Made by a program: the position numbers and the translations under genes. From Acidimicrobiia bacterium (GTDB lineage Bacteria; Actinomycetota; Acidimicrobiia; Spongiisociales; UBA11373): 64,000 nucleotides of DNA. The notes under the pieces are model-generated. The model did not search any database. It had not been told where the DNA came from and saw nothing but the letters and a program-made list of their open reading frames with translations. Shown piece by piece: positions 47,881 to 57,215 of this stretch. Within the stretch, counting starts at the first letter, position 1. The number at the start of each line of letters is the position of its first letter. The DNA lies in NCBI GenBank assembly GCA_041572755.1, contig JBFFRY010000002.1:3901-67900 (forward strand), written 5' to 3'.

Positions 47881-50103
47881 ATGCGAAAACTGCTCACGTT
47901 CACCGTTGCTCTCGCCCTCACGGCGGTGAGCTGCAGCCAGTCGGAGGGGACCGCCACGACGACGTCGTTCCCGACGGCGACGACCACGGGAGGCACCTCG
48001 GCGATTGCCGAGCGGTTCGACCCCTCGTCGATCAGGTTCGAGGCTGCCCTGGAGCGCTTCGATCGTTGTGAGGGGGTGCTCGAGCACTTCATCGCCGAGG
48101 CGCTCGAACGGGTCGGTCCCTACGGACTGGACGGCGGTGGACCGGTAGTCATCATGGAGGACGGGGTCGCCTTCGCCGCCGAGGGAGACGAGGCGGCTGC
48201 TCCTATGACCACGATGGTCACCGACCTCGACCGACCAGGCGACGACTTCTCGGGCACGAACGTGCAGGTCGCCGGTGTCGACGAGCCGGATGTGATCAAG
48301 ACGGACGGTGATCGGATCGTCGCCATCGTCGAGCGGAAGCTCTACTACGTCGATGTGAGCGGATCGGTGCCCGAGTTGCTCGGATCGCTCTACCTGGGCG
48401 ATGCGTGGGGTCACACGATGTTCGTGAGTGGTGATCGGGCGTTCGTGTTCGCCACCGGCTACGGGATCGCCCCGCTTCCGGCTACGGCCGAATCCTCGGT
48501 GATCCCTTCCTACGGCGAGACGACCGTGATTCAGGAGATCGACCTCTCCGATCCCGAGGATCTCGAGGTGGTGCGGACCATGACGGTCGAGGGTCGTCTG
48601 CTGAGTGCCCGATCGATCGGGGACACCGGTCGGATAGTGCTCTCCTCGTACCCCGCCGAGCTCGCCTTCGTCTACCCGAGCGGGCCGGCGGCCGAGCCGA
48701 TCGCCGAGCAGACGAACCGCCAGATCGTGCAGAACAGCATGCTGGACGACTGGCTCCCCAACTACACGGTGACCGACGGCGACTCGATCGTGGATCAGGG
48801 CCTGCTGGTCGACTGTGACGGCGTGCATGCCCCCGCCGAGTTCGCCGGCTTCAACACCGTCTCGGTGGTCACCGTCGACTTCTCAGAGGGGCTGGGTTCT
48901 TCCGAGTCGGTCGGGGTGATCGCCAACGGCGAGACGATCTACGCCTCGACGGAGAGCCTCTATGTGGCGACCAACGTCTGGGTCCCCGGTGAATGGATCG
49001 GCGACACCAGCCTGGGCGACTTCGAGGAGGAGTACAGCACCGCCGTCCACAAGTTCGACATCTCCGGTGAAGGTCCCGCCGAGTACCGCGCCTCCGGCAG
49101 CGTGGACGGCCACCTGCTCAACCAGTTCTCCATGGACGAGTACGAAGGCAGGCTCCGGATCGCCACCACCGACGGCCCCCCGTGGGGCTTCGGCGACGAA
49201 TCGGAGTCGTTCGTGGTCGTGCTGGAGGAAGACGGCGACCGTTTGGTCGAGGTCGGCCGGGTCGGCGACATGGGCCGCGGTGAGCGGATCTTCTCGGTGC
49301 GCTTCATCGGTGAGGTCGGCTACGTGGTGACGTTCCGACAGACCGATCCCCTGTATGTGGTGGACCTGCGCGACCCGGGGAACCCCACCGTCACGGGCGA
49401 GCTGAAGATCCCCGGATATTCGGCCTACCTGCATCCGATCGGCGACGGCCGGCTGATCGGCGTGGGCCAGGAAGCCACCGACGAGGGCTTCACGATCGGG
49501 GCCAAGGTGTCGCTGTTCGACGTTTCGGATCCGACCGATCCACGCGAGGTGGACACCTGGGTGCTCGAAGGCGGCTACACCGAGGTGGAGTGGGATCACC
49601 ACGCGTTCCTCTACTGGGCGCCGGAGAACCTCGCCGTGCTCCCGCTCCAGGACTGGTCGACCGGTTTCTTCGGCGGGGTGGCGTTGCGGACCGACGACGG
49701 TCTGCGCGAGTTCGGTCGCATCACCCACGAGCTCGGATCCGTGCAGGGAGCGTCGGACTGCCGTGAGGTCGAGATACCGGAGGAGTACTACGAACCGGGC
49801 CTGATCGTGCAGGTCTGTGGAACGGACGACGTCGGCGGCTACGGGGCTCACGACTGCGAGGTGATTCCCGCCGAAGAGGCCCGGTTGTACTCCGAGGACT
49901 TCGACGTGATCGGGTACGACGTCGACGAGTTGATGGGCGACGACGATCGGTTGGAGATCTGCTTCCCGCCGTACGATGAGAGCCGGGCGGCGATCCAACG
50001 GTCCCTGGTGATCGGAGACTCGCTGTGGACGCTCTCGTGGCGGGCTCTCCAGGCCAACGCCCTCGACAGCCTCGAGGTGGAGCACACGATCCCGTTGGGA
50101 TAG
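47881..50103 (+). CDS. Large secreted lipoprotein of the beta-propeller-domain family (Beta_propel-like). The start was re-assigned to the ATG at 47881 (MRKLLTFTVALALTAVSCS).
   Basis: Lipobox. T-rich linker. The C-terminal region YVVDL.DP..P...GEL.IPGYS.YLHP..DG.L.G.G...... then V.LFDVSDP..P.....W matches my recollection of the archaeal/bacterial beta-propeller domain family. The ORF-track N-terminal 114 aa are a shadow of the thioesterase gene. Confidence 0.7.
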   Translation: MRKLLTFTVALALTAVSCSQSEGTATTTSFPTATTTGGTSAIAERFDPSSIRFEAALERFDRCEGVLEHFIAEALERVGPYGLDGGGPVVIMEDGVAFAAEGDEAAAPMTTMVTDLDRPGDDFSGTNVQVAGVDEPDVIKTDGDRIVAIVERKLYYVDVSGSVPELLGSLYLGDAWGHTMFVSGDRAFVFATGYGIAPLPATAESSVIPSYGETTVIQEIDLSDPEDLEVVRTMTVEGRLLSARSIGDTGRIVLSSYPAELAFVYPSGPAAEPIAEQTNRQIVQNSMLDDWLPNYTVTDGDSIVDQGLLVDCDGVHAPAEFAGFNTVSVVTVDFSEGLGSSESVGVIANGETIYASTESLYVATNVWVPGEWIGDTSLGDFEEEYSTAVHKFDISGEGPAEYRASGSVDGHLLNQFSMDEYEGRLRIATTDGPPWGFGDESESFVVVLEEDGDRLVEVGRVGDMGRGERIFSVRFIGEVGYVVTFRQTDPLYVVDLRDPGNPTVTGELKIPGYSAYLHPIGDGRLIGVGQEATDEGFTIGAKVSLFDVSDPTDPREVDTWVLEGGYTEVEWDHHAFLYWAPENLAVLPLQDWSTGFFGGVALRTDDGLREFGRITHELGSVQGASDCREVEIPEEYYEPGLIVQVCGTDDVGGYGAHDCEVIPAEEARLYSEDFDVIGYDVDELMGDDDRLEICFPPYDESRAAIQRSLVIGDSLWTLSWRALQANALDSLEVEHTIPLG

Positions 50104-50130
50104 GAGCGCGGGGCGGCGGATAATCGTCGC

Positions 50131-51066
50131 ATGAAGCTGCAGATCGGTGTCTCGGAATGCCTGCTGGGCCGGAAGGTGCGCCACGACGGAGGCCACAAGC
50201 ACGATCGGTTCCTGACGGAAACGCTGAGCACCTGGGTCGATTGGGTACCCGTGTGTCCCGAGGTCGAGATCGGCCTCGGGACACCGCGTCCGGCGATGCG
50301 GCTCGTGGCCGAGGGCACCGGGGCTCGCCTGGTGGTCCGCAGCACCGGCGAGGACCTCACCGAGCGCATGCGAACGTGGGCCGAGCAACGCCTCCCCGGT
50401 TTCGCCGCTCTCCACGGCTTTGTGCTGAAGAAGGACTCACCGTCGTGCGGCATGGAGCGGGTGAAGCGTTACACCGACGACGGAAACCTGGTGGGGAAGG
50501 ATGGGGCGGGCATCTTCGCCGCCGCTCTGACGGAGGGGTATCCGCTCCTTCCCGTGGAGGAGGAAGGCCGGCTCAACGACCCGGTGCTCCGGGAGAACTT
50601 CATCGAGCGGGTGTTCGCCTATCGCCGCTGGGGTGAGTTCCTCGACACCGAGCCGGGACCCGGGGGTCTGGTGGCGTTTCACACGGCGAACAAGATGACC
50701 CTGCTGTCGCACCATCCGCAGAAGTACCGGGAACTGGGCCGGTGGGTGGCGGAGGCGGGCCGGCGACGGGGGGCCGTCGCCGAGTACGGGGCCGCCTACA
50801 TGGACATATTGAGGCATCGGGCGACGCGCAGCCGGCATCGCAACGTGCTGCAGCACCTGATCGGGCACTTGAAGAAGGTGCTCGACGGGGACGATCGCCG
50901 GGAGCTCGTCGAGGTCATCGACGACTACGGAAGGGGCGAGGTGCCGCTGGTCGTGCCGCTGACCTTGTTCCGGCACCATTTTCGGCGCCACGGCACCGAC
51001 TGGGTGTTGGCTCAGACCTATCTCGATCCGTATCCGTCGGAGCTGATGCTCCGCAACCACGTCTAG
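50131..51066 (+). CDS. DUF523 (TudS-like 2-thiouracil desulfidase fold) fused to DUF1722 (YbgA-like).
   Basis: IGVSECLLGRKVRHDGG ... CPEVEIGLGTPRP (DUF523 Cys ligands), then a C-terminal YbgA-like helical domain. Confidence 0.7.
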   Translation: MKLQIGVSECLLGRKVRHDGGHKHDRFLTETLSTWVDWVPVCPEVEIGLGTPRPAMRLVAEGTGARLVVRSTGEDLTERMRTWAEQRLPGFAALHGFVLKKDSPSCGMERVKRYTDDGNLVGKDGAGIFAAALTEGYPLLPVEEEGRLNDPVLRENFIERVFAYRRWGEFLDTEPGPGGLVAFHTANKMTLLSHHPQKYRELGRWVAEAGRRRGAVAEYGAAYMDILRHRATRSRHRNVLQHLIGHLKKVLDGDDRRELVEVIDDYGRGEVPLVVPLTLFRHHFRRHGTDWVLAQTYLDPYPSELMLRNHV

Positions 51067-51070
51067 GACC

Positions 51071-51436
51071 ATGAACCCGGCCATTCGTCAGGCATTGAAC
51101 ACCGACCGGACCATCGACATCACCACCCGCGGCCGTCACAGCGGTGCCGAGCGGCGCCTGGAGATGTGGTTTCACAACGTCGACGGCCGGATCTTCATCA
51201 CCGGGATGCCCGGTCGCCGCGACTGGTACGCCAATCTGGTGGCGAACCCGGAGTTCACGTTCCATCTCAAGGAGAGCGTCGCCGCCGATCTGGCGGCGGT
51301 GGCGGTTCCCGTCACCGACCCCGAACATCGACGGCCGATCCTCGCCGAGATCACCGGCCGGCTGGGGCACGCCGACCGCCTCGACACCTGGGTGGAGCGG
51401 AGCCCGCTGGTCGAGGTCCACTTCGAGGATGGATAG
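51071..51436 (+). CDS. Nitroreductase-family deazaflavin (F420)-dependent oxidoreductase (DUF385).
   Basis: ITTRGRHSGAERRLEMWFHNVDGRIFITG...DWYANLVANPEFTF. The DUF385 signature (TTtGRKSG.pR..pL........vvas.GG...p.Wy.NL.A.P.v). Confidence 0.7.
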   Translation: MNPAIRQALNTDRTIDITTRGRHSGAERRLEMWFHNVDGRIFITGMPGRRDWYANLVANPEFTFHLKESVAADLAAVAVPVTDPEHRRPILAEITGRLGHADRLDTWVERSPLVEVHFEDG

Positions 51437-52172
51437 GATCCCGGCCGTGGGTCGGGGTCGCTTCCTGTACGTCTTCATGCACCTGCCCAAGACGGGCGGC
51501 ACCACCATCAACGGCCATTTCTACGACCACATGGACTGGGACGTCGACGTGGTCCACCTCGGCAAGTGGGGGGATCGCTACCGAACTCGGGAACGGCGCC
51601 CTTCACTGCAGGAGCGATCGGCCGAGGAGCGGGCGCGCATTCGGGTGCTCACCGGGCACGGCACCTACTACGGGATCCACGGGTTGATCGAAGGCACCAC
51701 CCCGCGCTACCTCACGATCGTGCGGGACCCGGCCGATCGCATCGTCTCCACCTACAACTTCCGGGCCGCCCGGGGTGAGGTCGGTGACTTCTGGTCCTGG
51801 TACGCCGGGTTCCCTCGGAACGCCGGAGTGAAGTGGCTGCGGAAGCGCCTCGGGGGCCCCCGGTCGTTGAAGGAGATCACCGAGGCCCTGCGCGGGTTCT
51901 GGTTCGTCGGTGTCACCGAGCGCCTCGACGAGGACCTGCCCCGGGTGTTCGGGGCGCTCGGGCTCCCGCCCGGGTTCCGCACGAGGCGGGTGGCGGGGGC
52001 CGAGCGGGATCTCGAAGGACTGGACCATCCGGATGAGGAACGGCGCGTTCAGCGCCGGATGGTCGTCGACCACGAGATGCGGGCCCGCCTCCATGAGGAG
52101 AACCCCAGAGACCTTCGCCTGTATGAGTTTGCGGTGGGTCGTCGAGACCACCTGCGGGATTCGCTTCAGTAG
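51429..52172 (+). CDS. Sulfotransferase, family-2-like (carbohydrate sulfotransferase type). Its start overlaps the DUF385 stop by 8 nt.
   Basis: FMHLPKTGGTT (5'-PSB of Sulfotransfer_2-type enzymes, h-h-H-hPKTGGTS), 247 aa. The ORF-track N-terminal 95 aa are a shadow of the DUF385 gene. Confidence 0.65.
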   Translation: MDRIPAVGRGRFLYVFMHLPKTGGTTINGHFYDHMDWDVDVVHLGKWGDRYRTRERRPSLQERSAEERARIRVLTGHGTYYGIHGLIEGTTPRYLTIVRDPADRIVSTYNFRAARGEVGDFWSWYAGFPRNAGVKWLRKRLGGPRSLKEITEALRGFWFVGVTERLDEDLPRVFGALGLPPGFRTRRVAGAERDLEGLDHPDEERRVQRRMVVDHEMRARLHEENPRDLRLYEFAVGRRDHLRDSLQ

Positions 52173-53088
52173 CCGAGCTCGGAGAGGAGATCACCGATCT
52201 CTCGCCGAAGGAGCTCGGCGTCGTGTGCCTCGAGTTCGGCTTCCCAGCGCCCCTGCCGGTCGTCCCGGGCTTCGTTGAAGACGTCGAGGGCCGCGGCGCG
52301 GGATCCGGTCGGGACCCCGAGGAACTCGAGGACGGCGTTGCCGGTGGCCTGGGGATCGGCGACGAGCGCCTCGTAGCGAACCTCGAGGTAGCGGTCGGCG
52401 GGCATCAGCGACCCGGCTTCCCGCGCCGCGGTGACATGGCGACGCCAGCCCCACGCACAGCGGTGGACCGTGGTGGTTTGCTCGAACTCGGCGGCGCGGC
52501 CCGGCTCGACCCAGAAACGGGCGAAGGGGCCGTGGCGGTACCCGCCGGGTTCGTGGCGGCCCAGCTCGGCTCCGGCGGGATCGAGCCAGGGCCGCCGGCT
52601 CCACGACATCGCGGCGTCCCGTCCGTCCCGGATGATGTGCACGAACCGGGCATCGGGGAATGCAGTGGAGAGGAAGCCCAAGATCATGGCGTTGCGGGGC
52701 GTCTTGTCCACCTGACGGAGGTCGCCGTCGCAGCGGAAGCGGGCCAGCCACCGATAGGTGCGCCGGTAGAAGGAGGCGGCTCTCTCGGTGCTCCACAGCC
52801 CGGCGTAGACGTAGGGGGCGGCCGCCTTGGTGAGGACCGGTTCGAAGTGGTACGAGAACTCGGGAACCGCAGCCAGGGCTCTTCCCAGGAAGGTGGTGCC
52901 CGATCGGGGCGCCCCCACGATGAACACCATGTCGCCCAGGACGGGAGCGAGCGACGCCCGGAGGCGGTGGAGGGACCGGCGCCGCCGATGACCGGGCGAG
53001 TAGCGGAGGTCGGCGGCGATCGTCTTGGCGGCGAGCAGGGGCATCCGCCACCACCGCAGAGGCCGGTGGGGGAGGGGGACGGCCGTCA
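52166..53088 (-). CDS. Sulfotransferase (Sulfotransfer_1/3-like, PAPS-dependent). The start ATG overlaps the GT4 stop (ATGA).
   Basis: 5'-PSB IVGAPRSGTTFL and 3'-PB IIRDGRDAAMS; 307 aa. Extracted from the 714-aa ORF-track model 52166..54310, whose upstream part is a shadow frame. Confidence 0.75.
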
Positions 53089-54156
53089 TCGCTTGCCCCC
53101 CAGTCTTGCGACCGCGGCGGCGACCTCGGTCCAGGGGGTGTGGGACGCCGCGGCGCCCCGGGCCAGCGCCTCCAACCCGTCGAGGGCCCGCTCGATCGCA
53201 TCGGCGTATGCATCGGCGTCTCCGGGCGGCGCCAACGTTCCGTTGACGCCTTCCGTGATGCGTTCCGCCAGACCGCCGGCCGTGGTGGAGACGACCGGGC
53301 GGCCGGCGGCGAAGGCGAGGGGAACGATCCCCGACTGGGTGGCGGCCCGATACGGGGTGGCCACCAGGTGGTGGCGTTGCAACAGGTCGGCCACCTGGTC
53401 GTCCCCGGCATACCCGGGGTGCAGCGTCACCAGATCGCCCACACCCAGGGCGTCGATCTGTCGGGTGTAGGCGGCGACTGGGTCCCAGAACTCCCCGGCA
53501 ACGGTCAGGCGGACCGGTCGCTTCCGGTCGCGCAGCTTGGCGATCGCCTCGATGGCCACATCGACGCCTTTGTAGTGGCGCACGAAGCCGAGGAAGAGGA
53601 TCCCCGGAGGTTCGGTCGCCGGGAGTGGCGTGGGGTGGAGATCCAGGTTGGGCGGATGGGGCACAACCTCGACCCGGGGGACCTCGATCACGGTTGCCAG
53701 GTCGGCGGCGACCGCGGCGGCGTGGACGACGACGGCGTCGACCCGGCGTAGAGCTGCCCGGGTGAGCGACCGGGAGAACGGCAGCCGTTCGTGGGGAATC
53801 GCATTGTGGACGACCGCCACCGCCGGTCGGCGGGCGGTGCCGAGCACCCGGCGCAACGGAAGACCGTGGAAGGGGGTGATCCACTGGACGACGACGAGAT
53901 CGGCGGACCGCAGGTCCCGGCCGGCTCGGTGCCACGACAGTGGGTTCCACCATCGGAGCAGGAAGCGAACCCGGGTGTCGTCGGCTGCGGAGGTGTCGAT
54001 CCGGGCACCCTTGTAGAGGAGCGGCGGATACTGGGAGCGCCACGAGACCACGGAGACGTCGTGGCCGAGATCGTCGAGTGCGGCGGCGAGCCGGGCGGTG
54101 TGCTGGGCCACCCCTCCGCGCAGGGGAGGGAACGGACCCACCAGGGAGATGCGCAC
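53086..54156 (-). CDS. Glycosyltransferase family 4 (GT4); GTG start.
   Basis: MRISLVGPFPPLRGGVAQHT (GT4 N-domain), C-domain GILFLGFVRHYKGVDVAIEA...PYRAATQSGIVPLAFAAGRPVVSTTAGGLAE. 356 aa. Confidence 0.85.
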   Translation of the reverse strand: MRISLVGPFPPLRGGVAQHTARLAAALDDLGHDVSVVSWRSQYPPLLYKGARIDTSAADDTRVRFLLRWWNPLSWHRAGRDLRSADLVVVQWITPFHGLPLRRVLGTARRPAVAVVHNAIPHERLPFSRSLTRAALRRVDAVVVHAAAVAADLATVIEVPRVEVVPHPPNLDLHPTPLPATEPPGILFLGFVRHYKGVDVAIEAIAKLRDRKRPVRLTVAGEFWDPVAAYTRQIDALGVGDLVTLHPGYAGDDQVADLLQRHHLVATPYRAATQSGIVPLAFAAGRPVVSTTAGGLAERITEGVNGTLAPPGDADAYADAIERALDGLEALARGAAASHTPWTEVAAAVARLGGKR

Positions 54157-54200
54157 GCGGCGACCCTACCAGCGGCCGGCCCGGCGTCGCCTCCGTATAC

Positions 54201-55131
54201 TGCGCGGCCGATGACCCCCAAGCCGACCCAGGTGCTCTTCGTCGTCGGGAAGGGCCGCAGCGGTACCACCCTTCTCGGGAACCTCCTCGGCCGGGCCGAG
54301 GGTTTCGCATCGGTCGGGGAGTTGTGGCGCCTGTGGCAGGACGACCCTGCAGTCACCCTTTGCGGATGCGGGAGGCTGCTCACCGAGTGTGAGGTCTGGG
54401 CGACCGTGATCGATCGACTGGGGATCACCGCGGAGGTCCGGAGCGAGATGCTCGACCACCAACGGAGGGTGATTTCCTGGCCGGCGGCCCCGGCCATGTT
54501 GTGGGGGCGGCTGAGGAGCCGCCGCTTCGGGCGTGCCCTGACGGCCTACGGGGTCGCCATGGCATCGGTGTACCGCACGGTGGCCGAGTCGACCGGTGCG
54601 GAGGTGGTCATCGATTCGTCGAAGTGGCCGCTGGATCCGGGCCTGGTTGCGGCGGTCGAGGGGGTGGAGGGTTTCGGGGTCCATCTGGTGCGTGACCCCC
54701 GAGCGGTGGCCTACTCGTGGCGGCGCCAGAAGCGCTATCCGGAGGGCGGGGAGATGCCTCGCTTCTCGCCCCTCTATTCGGCCCTCAGCTGGTCGGCTCG
54801 CAACCTTCTGGCCGAACGAGCTCGACATCGGGCCGGTCCCCGATGGCTGCGGGTCCGCTACGAGGACCTGGTGGAGGATCCCGACGAGGCTCTCGCCGGG
54901 ATCGTGAGCCTGGTGGGGCGGACGAACGAGGTCTTGGCGTCCTCGGTGGCCGGGGGGGCGGTGAGCCATACGGTGGCCGGTAATCCGGACCGCATGGCGA
55001 CCGGGCCGATCGAGATTCGCGGTGATGAGGCGTGGAGATCCACCAGCGGCGTTTTCGCCAATTCCGTCGTGACTGCCGTGTGCTTCCCCTGGATGCTGCG
55101 CTACGGCTATCCGCTGCGCCGTCCCACCTAG
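54201..55131 (+). CDS. Sulfotransferase (Sulfotransfer_3 / Stf0-like family). The start was re-assigned to the ATG at 54201.
   Basis: 5'-PSB VVGKGRSGTTLL, SSKWP, 3'-PB HLVRDPRAVAYSW; 310 aa. The ORF-track N-terminal 136 aa (from 53791) are antisense to the GT4 gene. Confidence 0.75.
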
Positions 55132-57215
55132 GGACGGGGCTCGGGCACCGTCACCCACAGCTCCCCGGAGCCGACCCACACGTTGCCGACCGCGTCGAAT
55201 CCGAGCCTGATGAAGACCCGCTGGATCCCGTCTTCGGGGACCGCGCACATGAAGTCGACGGGACCGAAGGCCCGGGGCGTGGTGAAGTTGGATGCGGCCT
55301 CGACCAACCGCCGCTCGCCGGTTTCGTCCTCGAAGCGGCAGGTGATCTTGGGGCTCTTCTGGAGCGGTGTCATGGCGGCCAGATCGAGGCGCGCCGTCAG
55401 GTATGAGCCGGGGGGCACTTCGACGGCTCTGCCGATGGGGGGGCTGTCGAGGCGGACCGGGTCGGTCTCGGCGTCGGTGGCGAACTGGATGGGCGCGGCG
55501 ACGGCCGGGTCGAGTTGGTCCCCGGGCTGCAGGTCGCCGAACGTGAACTGGCGGACGACCCAGGGATGATCGGTCACGCCGAGAGGTCCGGTACTCCACT
55601 CGTCGCGGGTCGGCGCGTTGGTGAGAACGGCGATGCGGCCGTCTCGGGTCACGTGGAGGAGGGACCAACCGGGGGGCCGGGTCACGAGGTAGTCGGGGAT
55701 CTGTTGTTCGGCGCCGGCGAATCTCCACCCGTCGGTGTCGTAGAGGATGATCGAGCCGGTGGGAAGCGCTTCGGGGGGCATGAGCCACTCGTCGCCGAGC
55801 CCTCTGCCGGGGAGGAAGCGGTTGGTGACTGTGGGAGCGAGGCTCTTGAGGTCGCCTTCCCACAAGCCGCCACCGAAGCTGGTGCGGGAGTACATGTCGG
55901 CGAGGCGGAGGCTGTTGGTGTCGGACCAGATGGTGTCATACCCCTGGGCCTCTTCGGCCAGCCAGGTGCGGATCTCGCGGTAGCCGTTGTCGCGGTTGAG
56001 GAAGTAGTTGTCGTCGCCGACGGTGGCCGATGCGGTGAACCCGACGAAGACCGCGGCAAAGACGAGCGGGACGGCCAGGGTGATGGGGCGCCACCGGATT
56101 GCCGTGAACCGTTTGGCGGCCTCGGTGATGGCGGCAATGCCGCCGATGAAGAGCGCCGGCAGGACCGGGAACCAGTAGCGGTCCTTGTCGAGGCGAAGGA
56201 CTCGGCCTCCACCGGGCTTCTCGAACCAGCCGATGGCAGAGAACACCACCCACAGGCCGAACAGCCACAGGGCCATGATGAGGAACCGTCGGGAACGCTC
56301 GACGGACGTCCAGAGGGCGGCCATGGCGGCCAGGCCGAGAAACAGCCACCCTCCCGTCTCCCGGAGCAGCAGTCGCGGCAGCGCGGTGATTGCCTTGAGG
56401 AACGTTCCCTGGAATTCGCGAGCCGAGACCTGCCGCACCACGTCTCCCTTGGAGGTACCGACCCGGCCGAGGAGCACTTCGATCCGGGTGAAGGGGTCAC
56501 CGAACGCCACCCAGTTCCAGGCGAGTTCCGCCGCCAGGACCGCCAGTCCGGCTCCGGCCAGCCACCAGATCTTGCGCCACGGAAGGCGGTACCGCCACCA
56601 GACGAAGAGCACCAGTGGAGCAAGGAAGACGACGACTTCCTTGGAGAGGTAGGCGCCGCCGAACAGCAGCCCGGATCCGATGAGCATGACGTGGGTGGCT
56701 CGCGTCCAGGGCCGGCCCTCCTCGATGCGGACGGCGGTTGCGATGAGCAGCGCCATGCCGCCGGTGAGGAGTGCGGTGGCGGGGAGGTCCGGCCAGACCT
56801 GGCTCGATCGGGTGAGGACGAACGGGTTGAAGAAGACCAGGACGGCGGCCGTGACGCCGACGAGGCGGCCGAACAGGAGCCGCCCGAGGTAGTAGGTGGC
56901 GATGACGAGGAGGCCGCCGACGATGAACGGCACGGCGTAGAACGCCGCCTCGGAGTAGCCGAACGCTCGCTGTGCCAGCCAGACCGGCAACAGCAGCCCG
57001 ATGCGGGTGGTCTTGTGCTCCGGCTCCAGATCGAGGGGATGGTCGGCGGCATCGAAGTAGAAGAAGGGGTCGCGGCGGAACGGGGCCTCGAGGAAGACGA
57101 TCTGGAGGACCAGGTAACCGGCGGCCAGCAGCGCTGCCACCGCCCAGTCGGGGAGCCGTCGGAGGCGCGCCGCCGCAGAGCCGAGGAGAGCGGCGGCTCG
57201 GCTGCTACTCGTCAC
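55128..57215 (-). CDS. GT-C superfamily glycosyltransferase (PMT/ArnT-like, GT39/GT83-type) with a ~290-aa C-terminal extracytoplasmic domain of unknown function.
   Basis: 695 aa, about 11 TM helices. Acidic first-loop motif RRDPFFYFDAADH. Polytopic N-terminal ~400 aa typical of polyprenyl-phosphate-sugar-dependent GT-C enzymes. Soluble C-terminal domain. Confidence 0.7.
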   Translation of the reverse strand: MTSSSRAAALLGSAAARLRRLPDWAVAALLAAGYLVLQIVFLEAPFRRDPFFYFDAADHPLDLEPEHKTTRIGLLLPVWLAQRAFGYSEAAFYAVPFIVGGLLVIATYYLGRLLFGRLVGVTAAVLVFFNPFVLTRSSQVWPDLPATALLTGGMALLIATAVRIEEGRPWTRATHVMLIGSGLLFGGAYLSKEVVVFLAPLVLFVWWRYRLPWRKIWWLAGAGLAVLAAELAWNWVAFGDPFTRIEVLLGRVGTSKGDVVRQVSAREFQGTFLKAITALPRLLLRETGGWLFLGLAAMAALWTSVERSRRFLIMALWLFGLWVVFSAIGWFEKPGGGRVLRLDKDRYWFPVLPALFIGGIAAITEAAKRFTAIRWRPITLAVPLVFAAVFVGFTASATVGDDNYFLNRDNGYREIRTWLAEEAQGYDTIWSDTNSLRLADMYSRTSFGGGLWEGDLKSLAPTVTNRFLPGRGLGDEWLMPPEALPTGSIILYDTDGWRFAGAEQQIPDYLVTRPPGWSLLHVTRDGRIAVLTNAPTRDEWSTGPLGVTDHPWVVRQFTFGDLQPGDQLDPAVAAPIQFATDAETDPVRLDSPPIGRAVEVPPGSYLTARLDLAAMTPLQKSPKITCRFEDETGERRLVEAASNFTTPRAFGPVDFMCAVPEDGIQRVFIRLGFDAVGNVWVGSGELWVTVPEPRP

